DNA of 64,000 nucleotides from Phoronis australis (lineage: Eukaryota; Animalia; Phoronida): contig NMRA01000157.1 of assembly GCA_002633005.1 (NCBI GenBank), forward strand, positions 466,988 through 530,987. The letters are read 5' to 3'. The notes beneath the pieces are model-generated. The model was not told the DNA's origin and did not search any database. It saw only the letters and a program-made list of their open reading frames with translations. Below, piece by piece: positions 12,401 through 24,400 of this stretch. The stretch's first letter is position 1. Each line of letters begins with the position of its first letter. A program made the position numbers and the translations under genes.

Positions 12401-15400
12401 AGATGTCACTGTGAACTTCTCTTAATACATCATGATAGGTCCGATAAGCTGAAAGGCAAAAGTAAATCGTGTATCAAGGAGAGCACAATGAATATTGGCA
12501 ATAAAATATAGCAGAATTCAGGTGTAAGAGATGCAGTATAAAAATATTGGTTGCCTGAAAAGCTCAACTCCAGTATGATACCAAATGCTTCAATGCAACC
12601 ATTGTATGGCCTTTCAAGGTCTCTGAAGAACTCCATGAGGGTCCTAACTTTTCAGAATGCAAGCTTGTCAGTTTGACAAATTTGTCCACTATAGGAATTG
12701 ATGACTGGCACAGTGTTGGTGGTGGTGATTATTGGCTCCAAAGTACTTTCGTTCGCCACCCCAGTCTCTACTTCATCACGCAAGTTTTCAGTCATTTTCT
12801 TTGCTGAAAAATTCAGAAGTCCAGTTAGATGATATCAAGTAAACGCTTTATTAGTTAATTGGCTGTAATTGTAGAAAATTTAACATGTCTTTGATTAAGA
12901 ACATAAACAAGGATGACTGCAGTTATCTGCTGCATTTTCGGATGAAAACTCTAAAAACAAAAAGTCCTAGAAAAGTTGTTTGAAGTCTTTTTTTCTGTGA
13001 AGAAAAACAATGACGAGTAGAAAGCACGGGTATCAGTGCCAATGCATCGTAACTTTTAATGTGATTTTACATGAATCCATGAACATGCTGTTTCAGTGTA
13101 ATTTTCAATTTTTGCATTTAAAAGTTACAAGTGCCCAATTCTTGACTGCTTGCATTTGATGACTAAGACACGTCAGGTAATGAGGTAAACTTTTATTTTG
13201 AAGACGATTTCTGTTAAGTAACAATAATTGTCAAATTGCTTAATTTACCGTTCCTTCTTTTTCTTCATAAGCTCCTGTCCTAGTTCCCGATGGCTGAAAA
13301 AAACCCAATTATGTTTAAGGTGTACGTTTTCACAGGTAGTTCACTGAGAGTTTATGAGAATTTGCCTGCTGTTTATTACTTCCTAAACACTATAAACAAC
13401 TTTTTTGTCAACAACAGTATACAAAATAATCAAGTTTATCCCACTGATATGCCAACCGGTGCAAGAAATTTAAAAAGCTAGATAAGAGTGGGTATTAATT
13501 TTTCTGGTTATCTGAAGCAAAAATATATGATGTCACTTATTTACTTCTCCGCAGTTCCACATTGAAGCTTTATGGGATTAAACATTTTCTACACAACTGT
13601 TAATATGGAAACTTGGAAGGTTTATTAACACCAGTGGTCAACAACTGGCTGATTAGAATGATTTCTGATGGCACCAAAGAATTAACATTATCATGACAAA
13701 CCAAATTGTAGAGCAGCTGGTCTTGAACAAAATGATCTGCCAGTTCTCTGGAAGCCCAGAAATTAACTCTATGTTAAAGAACGTTAAGATAATTTTCATA
13801 AATGACAGTGACCTGGCTCATATGATCATTTATATGGTTTATGAGAGCATGGCGGATTTTAGCAGATGGAAATATCATGAAAAATTTCCATAGGCTAGTT
13901 TTAAGTGATAATCTCGGTCTGGATTGTTCTAAATCCCCTCAACCCCCACATCTCTCAGCCCATGATCCCTTTGACCCATGACCCCATCGACCCACAACCT
14001 GTGGCAACTGAGTTATTTTTGTCCTTTTAACATATTTCATAATCTTATTAAGTCGCTGAGTGACTTTCCCATGAGACACACCTACACGCGAGTCTACCCC
14101 GGCGTGAGAACGTGATCTGAAATAGCGCAATGTCACGGAAATAGTTCCACGAGTTACCAATAACCCAGTTCTACTAAACTTAGGGAGAGAGTGTAAGGTT
14201 AACAAGAAGGTACATACTTTCACATTTTTATTATTTGCTTTCTGTTGTATACCCGTTTACAATAAACACCATATAATGTTGAAATACTTTTTAGTTATCA
14301 GTTTGTTTTTTCAAACTATTTACTGACGAAATTACAGTTTTGTCATTTCCTCGCACTCTCTGCAAAAAGGTTGAATCTGCCATTCACTGGAGAGCAGACA
14401 GATGAGATGATTACACTCTGCCGGGAACGACATTTGTAACTTGTGTAGAACTTTGATTTGATTTGGTCGCGTTGGTTTTTTCTGTTTTCGTCATTCAAAT
14501 TTGCCGAATCGAATCTCTTAACTGCAAAAAAACGGGAAAAGCCAGCCTAGCTCACAGCCCAATTTATTGGTCCTGTAAGTCAGTGCTTGTTCTATGTTCA
14601 GATCGAGTCGAGCTTGTGTAGACTGGGTTGAGGGGGCTGTGGGTCGTTGGTTGAGGGGGTCGTGGGGTTGAGCAGGTTTTAGAACAATCCTCTCGCACTA
14701 ACGAAATGTTAGATTAATCACTGTTATACACCATCAGTCAAATTCAATTTGAAGAAATTCCCACGTAAACAACAGCTATGGTGGGCAAGGTTCCTTTTGA
14801 CAAGTTTTCCTGAAGAAACTTGTTGATTTGAGTTTGTCTTATTGTAGACAAAGAACTTTACATGTCAGTGAACAAAAGAACAAAAATTCGGTGAAGTATT
14901 CACACATTAATGAATTACTGAATGGTAACCCCTCTGTGGAAGGGCATATTTAGTTTGAAGCATGTGAAGCATGTGAAGCATATTCAGTTTAAGTATTTTT
15001 TACCTCAATACTTGCCAACTGAAAAATATCTCTTCACAATTGTAGACAAATTTATTTTTGTCCCATTGTTCATCTGAAATACTTGAAAACTATCTATTGC
15101 TTCACTGAACATTATTTTTGCTTCTTGAAGGACCAGAATTTATTGAATAGGCAGTTATTGAATTTGTATGTTGAATTTTGCAGTATTTGGACTATCGGAA
15201 AATCATCCAGCAGCAACATACATTTATCAAAGGCATCAAACACTTACTGGGGTAAATCTTTCCATTCTACAATGTTATGGTGTTGAAAAGAACAACTACA
15301 GTTGTCCAGTTAATTACAATCATATAATAGATGTTCTAACCAAGCTGCATTCACTGGTGTTCCATCTAGGGATGATAGGATGCTTGCTCCACTTTTCTTC

Positions 15401-18400
15401 CTTGTATAGTTTAACCAATTTTGAGATTGCTGCTGATGACACTGTGCCATTTGTCCTTGCTTTCAACTCAAACTTGTTGCCCCATAACCTCTACAGTGTG
15501 TCTGGCTTTCATCAAGTACATTACGTTGCTCAATATTCACATAAACCAAAATGAGTGCCATTTCAAGTTCTATAAAAACGCATTTGTTATAGCAAAACAC
15601 ATCAACAGCATCTCAATAGGCTTAAAATGAAATTTGCTCCCATGCATGAACAGGCAGATGAGCTTGTGTTCAATTAAGCTGGGTATTATTGATAGTTATC
15701 GAAACATAGTGCAGAGATTGAGAACTGGCAGATGACTGATAGCAATGGCATAAGTCAGATTGTAAACAATTATAACCAAACTCCAGTCTGTAATATGCAA
15801 TATGCATAACTTTTTTATGCAGTTTCAATGCACATATAGTAAACAAATAAAAATTAATTGATTCCTTATACTGTGAATCAAACATGCGCAAGTGATATTA
15901 GAATTGAAACAAAAATAACTTTTAAAGTCTCAAGTGATTTATGAGTAATTGAAGGTCTGCATGAAACTTGAAAATGTTAGGGATCTGGTCTGGACCCCAA
16001 CTCATTTTGAAATCTGTGCCCTTAAATTAACCAGCCTACCTCCACTTTAACTGAATCGGTTAGAAAAACAACTCCCGTTTTGTTTGTACGACCAAAACTA
16101 CTTATTCATGCATGAAATCCAACATTACTTAAACAATCACATAGGCATAAACACAATTTTAAAATCAAAACTCACCAATCCATGAAGTTCTTCAGCAACC
16201 CATGTATGCTGTGCCAAAACCGTTTAAACGGGTTCAAATGAATAGCTTGGGTCACTTTCCAGGAATGTAACCCTGACAGCCAACTGGTAACACATATTTA
16301 AGATAAACTTCATTTCATAACACTCCCAGGCAGTTCAACTAGTAGTTGGGCTAGCTTAATTAAAATAAACAAAAGCTCCAAGGGCATTAAACATTAATGA
16401 ATATAACCTCACAAATTTAGGACAGAACATTTGCACAAGACAAATTTTATTTTCTTATTTTTTATAAATAATATGCAGTACCAGAAAAATGCCTAGGCAT
16501 ATTCTGTAACAAGTAGCTACTGACGCACAATATTTTGAAAAATTGTAATCCTTCACAACAATGCTGAAGGCCCTTGAAAAATCAAAGTGTGTAATTTTTG
16601 GAAATTACTTTCCGAAATTGGCGAAATTTTACTGCAGCTACAGTTGCCGCAAACACCTGAGTTTGGGCGTTGCATCTGGTGAGATATTTCAAATGTTGGT
16701 AAAGTACTAATTTTTGCACATTTGATAAAATTTGGCATTTAATTTGCACGGATCATACATTTGTGTGTGGTTTTTATTAAAGTTTTATGTCTTGTAAAGC
16801 AATATGCTGGGAACAGTTTTTGTTGTTTTCAAAGCAATTACATTTAATATTTTACCTTGACTTTGACAGCAGACTTAAGGAAAGTTGAAAATTTGTTAAG
16901 TCCATTAGGTAACAATTTGGTAAGTTCAAGCAGATGCGCGTATATTCTCTTAGTATTTTATGTCACATTTAGGTAACTTTGAGTCTTTGATGGTTTTAAT
17001 AAGGTGATATTTAGGTAACTTACCCAACAGTAGGTAAGCATTAGGTCACAATTAGGTACGTAAGTTACCTAACCCAAGTAACTTTAACCTATGTTAGGTC
17101 TGGTTATGCCTATACCAATTGATGTGTAGAGACTCACAAATTTCCAGCTCCTTTGTTGTTTGTGTTCGGTCTAGTATAAAAGAGTCGTTGAAAGAGCATT
17201 GCCCATAACAATGATTGGGGCTAAGTTGTATAGACAAATATTAGTATGTAAATTTCTGTCCTAATTCAGTCCAGGTTTTCAAGTGGCAAATAGTTTTGCC
17301 AATATAACTGGAGCCACGTCCAGCACAGATAAATTTGTACACTACCCTGGACTGTACACCCATAATGATATTATCCTTAAGGGTTAAGTAAATTAGACAG
17401 TTTTGGAGACTTGGGTGTCAAGTTAATACAACTGTTAAAGGAGAATTACACCCGATTTAAGTAGTCTTTTTTGCCGTCTTAATCCACATCGCTTCGAATA
17501 CGGTCGACCTTACCTTGCCAAGAGGTGTCGCGTTAACCTGTGAGGAATGTGAGAAACGACGCTAGCGACGTCAGTGGTTCATATGCAGAGTGAATGCCAT
17601 TATGTTGGTGCATCGTTCCCGCTTGTCTGAACTATGCAGCTGCGAAGAAACTGGGTATATTGTTTTTTTTTTCGACTTCCTCGAGAGTCCGAAATGCTTA
17701 GATAGTGGCTTGTGGTAGTGAAGAATGAAAAGTACGTTGTAAATAGCAAGTATGAGGCCGTGAAACATCTCTGTGTCTGTGGCCTGCAGACGTCGACAGT
17801 GCCTGACAAATACCGGCTTACAAAATAACTATCCATACGTTCCGTTGTCCGAGTTTGTTCATGGCGCCTCTTCATCACTCTATTCCTGTTCGAATTGATA
17901 GCCTGTGAAACTTAACATTCCACCTGCGAAGTCTTCGTTGGGTTCGACTGATGAGCTCTCGTCTAAGTCACATGGGATTGCCGTTGTCATGTTGATGTTT
18001 GTTACTGAGCGTTTTGTTTCAAAATGAATTATTCTCACCCTAACCAATGCTTATATAAAACTTAAACAAAGTCTGCCTTATTAGATGCAATTTGTAATGC
18101 CTTTGGAGTGTTCATGAGTGCAAATGATTAGAGAAGCCAGCAGTGAATAAATCACTGCCTTTCCGGCTTTAGGTGCAATAAAACTAGTTGACGGGACACT
18201 GAGGCCGTGTGAGCCCTTACAAAAATGAACTTAAGTTTTCATCGAAAAAGTTAAGTTTTTGGTCTGAAAAACTTAAGTTTTCATTCACGAAAAACTTAAG
18301 TATTTTGGAACAAGTTTTTTGGAACGAACTTAAGTTTTCATAACTTTAAGTTTTTCAAAAAATTAAATTGTATAAACTTAAGTTTTTGAAAACTAAGTTT

Positions 18401-21400
18401 TCCGAACATAAGTTTTCAAGGAACTAACTTTTGAAAACTGAAGTTTTCTAAAAGCAATAAGTTTCAATAGGACAGCCATTCAAAAATTTCGATTTTCACT
18501 AAAACAAGAGTGGAGTACAGTAACAAATTTAATGATTTTCATAAAGTTTTAACAAACTGAGTTCTATTAACATTTCATTAACATTGATTAATTGCAGAAA
18601 GTAAAATGCACTTCCTAAAATACACTAGTTCCTTAAAATAAGTGAACATAAGTGAAATATCAAAATCTTAAAAACTTCCGGTTAAAGATGGCAAAAGTAT
18701 TGGCTATCGCGCTTGCGCACCTCAATTTTGGGCAAAAAACGTTTTCTCCGGTAGAGGGTGCATTATCAAGCCAATTCCTCCGAATTTTTGCAGGTTTTAG
18801 TTTCTTATGACAATCTATTTTTCCGAACTAAAAAACCGGAAGTTGGTTCCAAGATGGCGGATCTGGCGCTTGTTGACCCATTTTCAGTCGTGCTGGGGTG
18901 CCATTTTGAACGTGAAGAGAAAAAGAAGTCACTCCTCGGAGTGCTTTCATTTTGTTTGTTCCCACTCTACAGGTCGCATCTTTTTGATCGATTTTCACAA
19001 AATATGTACACAACTTGTATCTCCAGAAGTACTGGAAGCCTATTGTTTTTCATCATAATCGGATCCAAGATGGCAGATGTGGCGGCCATTTTGTTTTCAT
19101 TTAAAGGTTCAAATGCTTCTGGAGGCTACAATTTTTTACGTACAAGGCTAAGAATCGACACAGTAAATGAACCGGAAGTGTGCTACAAGTATATCGGAGA
19201 TTTTTTACTTCCCGTTAAAGATGGCGGAAATATCAGCGATCGCGCATGTGCACCTCGATTTTGGCCTAAAAACGTTTTCTCCTGTAGGGGGTGCACTATA
19301 GGGCCTATTCTTTCGAATTTTTGCAGGTATTAGTTTTTCATGACATGCTATTATACAGAGCCAAAAAACCGAAAGTTGTTTTCAAGATGGCGGATCTGGC
19401 GCATGTTGACCCATTTTCAGTCTTGCTGGAGTGCCATTTTAAACGTGAAGAGAAAAAGAAGTGATTTTTTGCATGTTGATTCTTTGAGGTATACTCTTTC
19501 AAATGACCTTATACAATTTTTTTCTCAGACTTACCGTTTTCGAGTTATTTGACTTTGAAATTCTTAAAAAAAAACAAAATTTCATTTTTTTCGAAAAATT
19601 TACGGAATTAAGCGATACCATCAGTTTAGATAGAGTTTTAAACGGGCTTTCAGAAGATGTTTTCCATTTATCGCTAGGACGTCTACTTTTTGAATTATTC
19701 GAGATTTTCTGATAGCGCTGTTCCTTTGCTGAGCGGTCTTGCTGCATTGAAGTTGGTTTAGCTTCTATTGAACAAGACTGTAGCCTATTTCTTACTGATT
19801 TATGACATCTAAGTTCTTCATATGAATGTTATGATGTTTGTTCATCATCACCACCTCCATCATCATATTCGCATCTTCGTCATCATCTTCGTCATCATCT
19901 CTGTCGTTGTCTTTTAAGTTAATTTCGGCAAGTGTCGCTCAAGACTGTAGCCTATTTCTTACTGATTTCTGACCTCTACGTTCGTCATGTGAATGTTATC
20001 ATTGGTTGTATTGTTCATCATCGCCACCATCGTCGTCATATTCGTCATCTTCGTCATCATCTTTATCATCATCTTTTCTGTTAATTTCACCAATTGTCGC
20101 TCCTCGGAGCGCTTTCATTACTTGTTGCTGGGCCTATATAAGCAAGGTGGTCACTGTTTATGCTTCTGAGGACGGTGTTTTAATAAATGCCGAAACATGT
20201 CAAGGCGATTTAAATCCATTGTTGTGAAGTCAGTGAAAAGAAAGTGGAACAGAAGCTTAATGAAATAGCTGAGTATCCGGTCATCCTTGTGTAGTATTGT
20301 TCCTAATTTGATCAGTTAATATAAAAAGAATTTTAAAACATTGCATGAAGGTAATCGTGAACTCAATTTTCACTGATAAAACTTTGAAGAATTAAGTTTT
20401 TCTTGGTTCACGTGTGTAATCTTTTTTGGTTTGAAGCAGAAATCAGGCACCTTAAAATCTCAAACAATGCTTGTTCATGCCAGATAAAGACTCCAGACAC
20501 TGGGAAAATATTTGAAGACTTTTTGTTTACTTTTTTCAGATGAAGCTGAGCTGCATGCCAAAGACTTAAATGAACAGGGCACAAGACAAGAGCTTCTTCA
20601 CTCATTCTCCTCTCCTGGTGAGTGATTTGGTGAGAGTGATTTGTCTGACTTTCAGTGGCTTCATCACCAGACTATTGTTTTGATATACTTATACGAAGGT
20701 AATGAGGCAAGATGATTGCTGGGTGCATAACCGAGATTGACAGCAACAAGGTAGAACAGCTTTTCTAGAACTATAGATTCACCACGATGGGTTGTTGCTA
20801 GTCATTGTTTGTTCGATGTCGAATTATGTTAAAGTCTTTCCCATTTTAGACAAAAATGATTACCATAGATACCTTTTTCGTTTTCAAGAGTTTTTAACTT
20901 TGTTGGGAATGCTCACAACTACTCAGTATATGGTTGCTACTTTAAAATGTTAAGGCATCTATGTTGTGCTAATTTTTTCATGAAATAAATCAGGAAATTG
21001 ACTTTCACCTATGCAACATTTTGTCCTAAATTGGCTAGATTTTACCCTAGCCAACATGTACTGTGTGTTGACCAATGTATTCACTTGTTCGTTTGACGTA
21101 CAACTTTTTTAAAATATATTTTGAGGTAATGGATATGCCAGATACTCTGTTTCGTGCTTTTCATGAAAATCTATGCTTTGTTTTAGGCATTGCATCGAAG
21201 AAAGCTTCAGGAGTTACTATGCTTACTCGTTCCCATAACTCACTGCCTGGAAATGTTGGACACTCTCAGCAAGGGATGATGACAAACTTGAAACTTGCTT
21301 CAAATGATTATGGTTAGTTTGTTAAAACTACTGTATAATGAAGTTCTCTTGGAAAAGGGAGTGCTATTATTGTCCTTAGCTTCTCGTTAATGTGTCGTGG

Positions 21401-24400
21401 GTACATAGCATTCACGAACACATGTCTGTCCACACAATGTTGTTGGCAAGATATCTCAAGAAGGAGGTGTTATGATATAATAGCTTTGTTCACAGTACCG
21501 AGGTGTGGGTGGGGCAACTCCAAGTCAATTTTAGTGTCCTCAACATTATTTTCAGGTACAGCTAGAAATTCAACTTCAACTTGGGAAGATATTGTTTTTC
21601 ATTGTATCTCAAGAAGGGAGCTTTGGTTTTTTAAGTATTTTGTACCAAGATGTAGATGACGGTCAACTCCAGGTGCTAGTCAATTTTCATGGTTACCATG
21701 ATTAGATTTTCTTCAGTTACAGCTTGTTTACCCCTAATAGTGCCACCTAGACTTGATTGCACTACTTATTGACCTCGTTTGTAGAAACATGACCTGCCTT
21801 CAGATGCCACTAATTTAAGTTTTGGCAAAGTTCATCAATTTTTAAAAATTGAAGACCCAACAGTGTTGGTTTTTCTGGTTATCATTTACATTTCTCAAAA
21901 TTTCAAGTTTTAAAAGCTTTAATTTGTAAAGTAGCCTGCAATTATTTACCACACTTCATGACAAAATAAGATCGCATTTAATTGAGCCTAGTCAGTAACT
22001 CTAATGATAGATCAGCCTTGCACTCACTAGGATAGGAGTATATAATTTTGATAGTATGACATACTACTTTTCTCGAGTTCTGAGGTCAAAAATGCAGATT
22101 CCCTTAATATTGGTATCAAAAGAGTTAACTGAAGAATTTTTAATGACAGCAAGAAAGCCAAGTTTTGGCTTGGGAAAATGTTGTAGGCATTATATCTCAA
22201 GAAGGGAGGCTCAGTTTTTATGTATATATTTTGTATCAGCGTGTATGTGGGGCAGGGGATCAGATGATTATTGTAGCCTTGAGGTTTGATATCACCATGA
22301 AAATTTTATTGGCATATGATATCTCAGGAAGGGACTTAGTTACGGGGACACGCTATTTTTAGCCACCTGTGTGCCACTGGGCATGATTTCAATACCGATG
22401 ATGTCACTATCCTAGACTGTTAGGAACATTGGTTCAAAAGGGTTATAAAGGTATTAGCTTTCCATGAGCGCATTGAGAGTCCCTGTTTAAATAAACGAGG
22501 TGGTTTAAGATTCGATTTGTCACACGTATAGGATGGTATTCTAACGTCAATGCCGCGCCGTATTTTCAACACTCCACCTATTGATAACGTCACAAGCCAA
22601 GCTGAAGTCCGTGAGATACGGACGCAACGTCGCTAAGTTTAGTAAGTTTTATTCCAGTATTAGACTTAAATTTTATTGGACTTGGATGTTGTTCCGATTT
22701 TGTAACAGAATAAACGTCATCTCTATTCTGTGTGGCCTTGATCTCGTTTTAGCAAGAAATTCAATTTAAGAGTGGGTAATTTCTCATGAAAGCAGTTTTA
22801 AATTTTATTCATATTTGATACTAAGGTATAGGAAGGTCTTCTCCAGACGCCAGTCAATTTTGGTGATCTTGACTTTATTTCGATATCTCTTAGTGAGAAA
22901 TTTTAAAGTTTGTATTGAAAAATGTGGTTGGATGGATCTCTCATATTTGTCATTGAGGTGTATAAGTGGGGATGTCCGTGGCACCAGGTGATTTTGGTAA
23001 CCCTAACCTCATTTTCAAAGTCATTGCTAGAAATGTTGAATCCACATCACATCATGCAATTGTATGATAATTCACTCTTCAATCTTAATTTTCTGATTTG
23101 AAAATTTTACGGATTGTAATTGAGATAGACGATCATTTTCATATATGTTGGAAGTACAAACATATTCATTTGTTCTTTCTTTGCACAAAATTTGTGAAAT
23201 TGTAGCCTTAATAATGCGCACATCCTGTGGAGGCGGGGAGCAGTTTGGTCACCCTAGTGTGACAAATACTGGTAGTGGACTAGGTGACAGGTTGTGTTAT
23301 CAGCAATACCATATGTGCTGCTTCCTAGGTGCAGTCATCTGTATGGCATCTGTACTTGTAATTGCTAGTACCAACAGGTTATGGACTCCATTGGTTGAAA
23401 CTGGCTCCCTAGGTTTCCCATTAATAATTTCCCTTATTTTGTATATTTTTCAGATACGTCGCAACTGTCAACTCAAGAAAAAACAGTTGCTGCAACTGCA
23501 CCTGATGAAACCCAATTGAAGCACTTAGAAACGAAGAGGGTTCAGCCTGAGGACGATCTTGTTGCTGACAGTGGCTCCCCCCAACACACTCCACTGAAAT
23601 CAGGTCTAAGTCAAGAAGCTAGCCCACAGGTGTTTAGTAGCTATCCTGGAGGCTTGAAGGAGACTACTAGTTGCTGTGATGATCTTCCTGAGGAACAGCT
23701 TTTGGTTGTGAAAACACTGGTAGTCAATCCTGTTTCAAGTGATGATAAGACTCTACCTGTTTCTCTTTATCATTATCAAGAAGAGCTGGCAAAAGCAGCT
23801 ATGGAAGGCAGCAACAGCATCATTTGTGCTCCTACAGGTAAGCACTGTATTGTTGTTGAGCTGGTTTGGGGCAGTGTGGGGGCACTGTTGGTGATAATCC
23901 TGTCCTGTGAGCCATATTTACTGCTAAAGCACATTTTTATGTTAGCCATATTGTTGTCTGGGCGTCCGGTGTCCGCAGCTATCTCCTAAACCTCTGGCAG
24001 CATCTTATTGAAATTTGATTGGTGTGTTCCTATGTGACTGACAACAGATGACAAGTTTCCGAACGATTCGAGAACCACTGTGCCTCCTAGTGGCAGTTTT
24101 AGTTTTTTACAAGAATGTGATGATGTCATTAAGTTCTCAGACGGATTTTACTCCACCTTGTGACCTTTTTTGCATCTGATTCAGTTTTCGGCATTCGTCT
24201 CTCTATCTGCCATGCCACTCAAGGGATCACTATGAAAATTTACAGAATGTGTTTCCGATGAGAAGGCGGCCACGACTGACAAGTCCGACTACTGTGTTGC
24301 CCCCCCAGTGACGATTTTGTTTTTTGCATCTGCAACTGAATCTCTGTAATACGTTGAAGGAGTTTTGAGAATTTTTTTTACGTTTGAGTTTGTATCTATG

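Larger units (their letters stand above)
10621..17104. mobile_element. Large decayed DNA transposon, EnSpm/CMC-like, with subterminal repeat arrays
   Basis: Left end CCCAGACCCTACGTGGGTAA resembles the reverse complement of the right end (ACCAGACCTAACATAGGTTAA). Dense TAGGTAAC/GTTACCTA/AGGTCACA arrays lie at 10630-11050 and 16900-17100. No recognisable transposase was found inside. Confidence 0.55.

Noticed and set aside
17900-17965. Type II hammerhead (GAAACTT..AAGTC..CTGATGAG)
   Set aside because: Stem III is plausible, but stem I is out of register and stem II has no partner adjacent to GAAA.
18227-18450. CRISPR-like repeat-spacer array
   Set aside because: Repeats are only about 12-14 bp and degenerate, spacers are short and irregular, the context is a eukaryotic intron, and there are no cas genes.
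18758-19333. 191-aa ORF as a gene
   Set aside because: Lies wholly in a dispersed repeat with an internal duplication, starts at GTG and has no recognisable domain.
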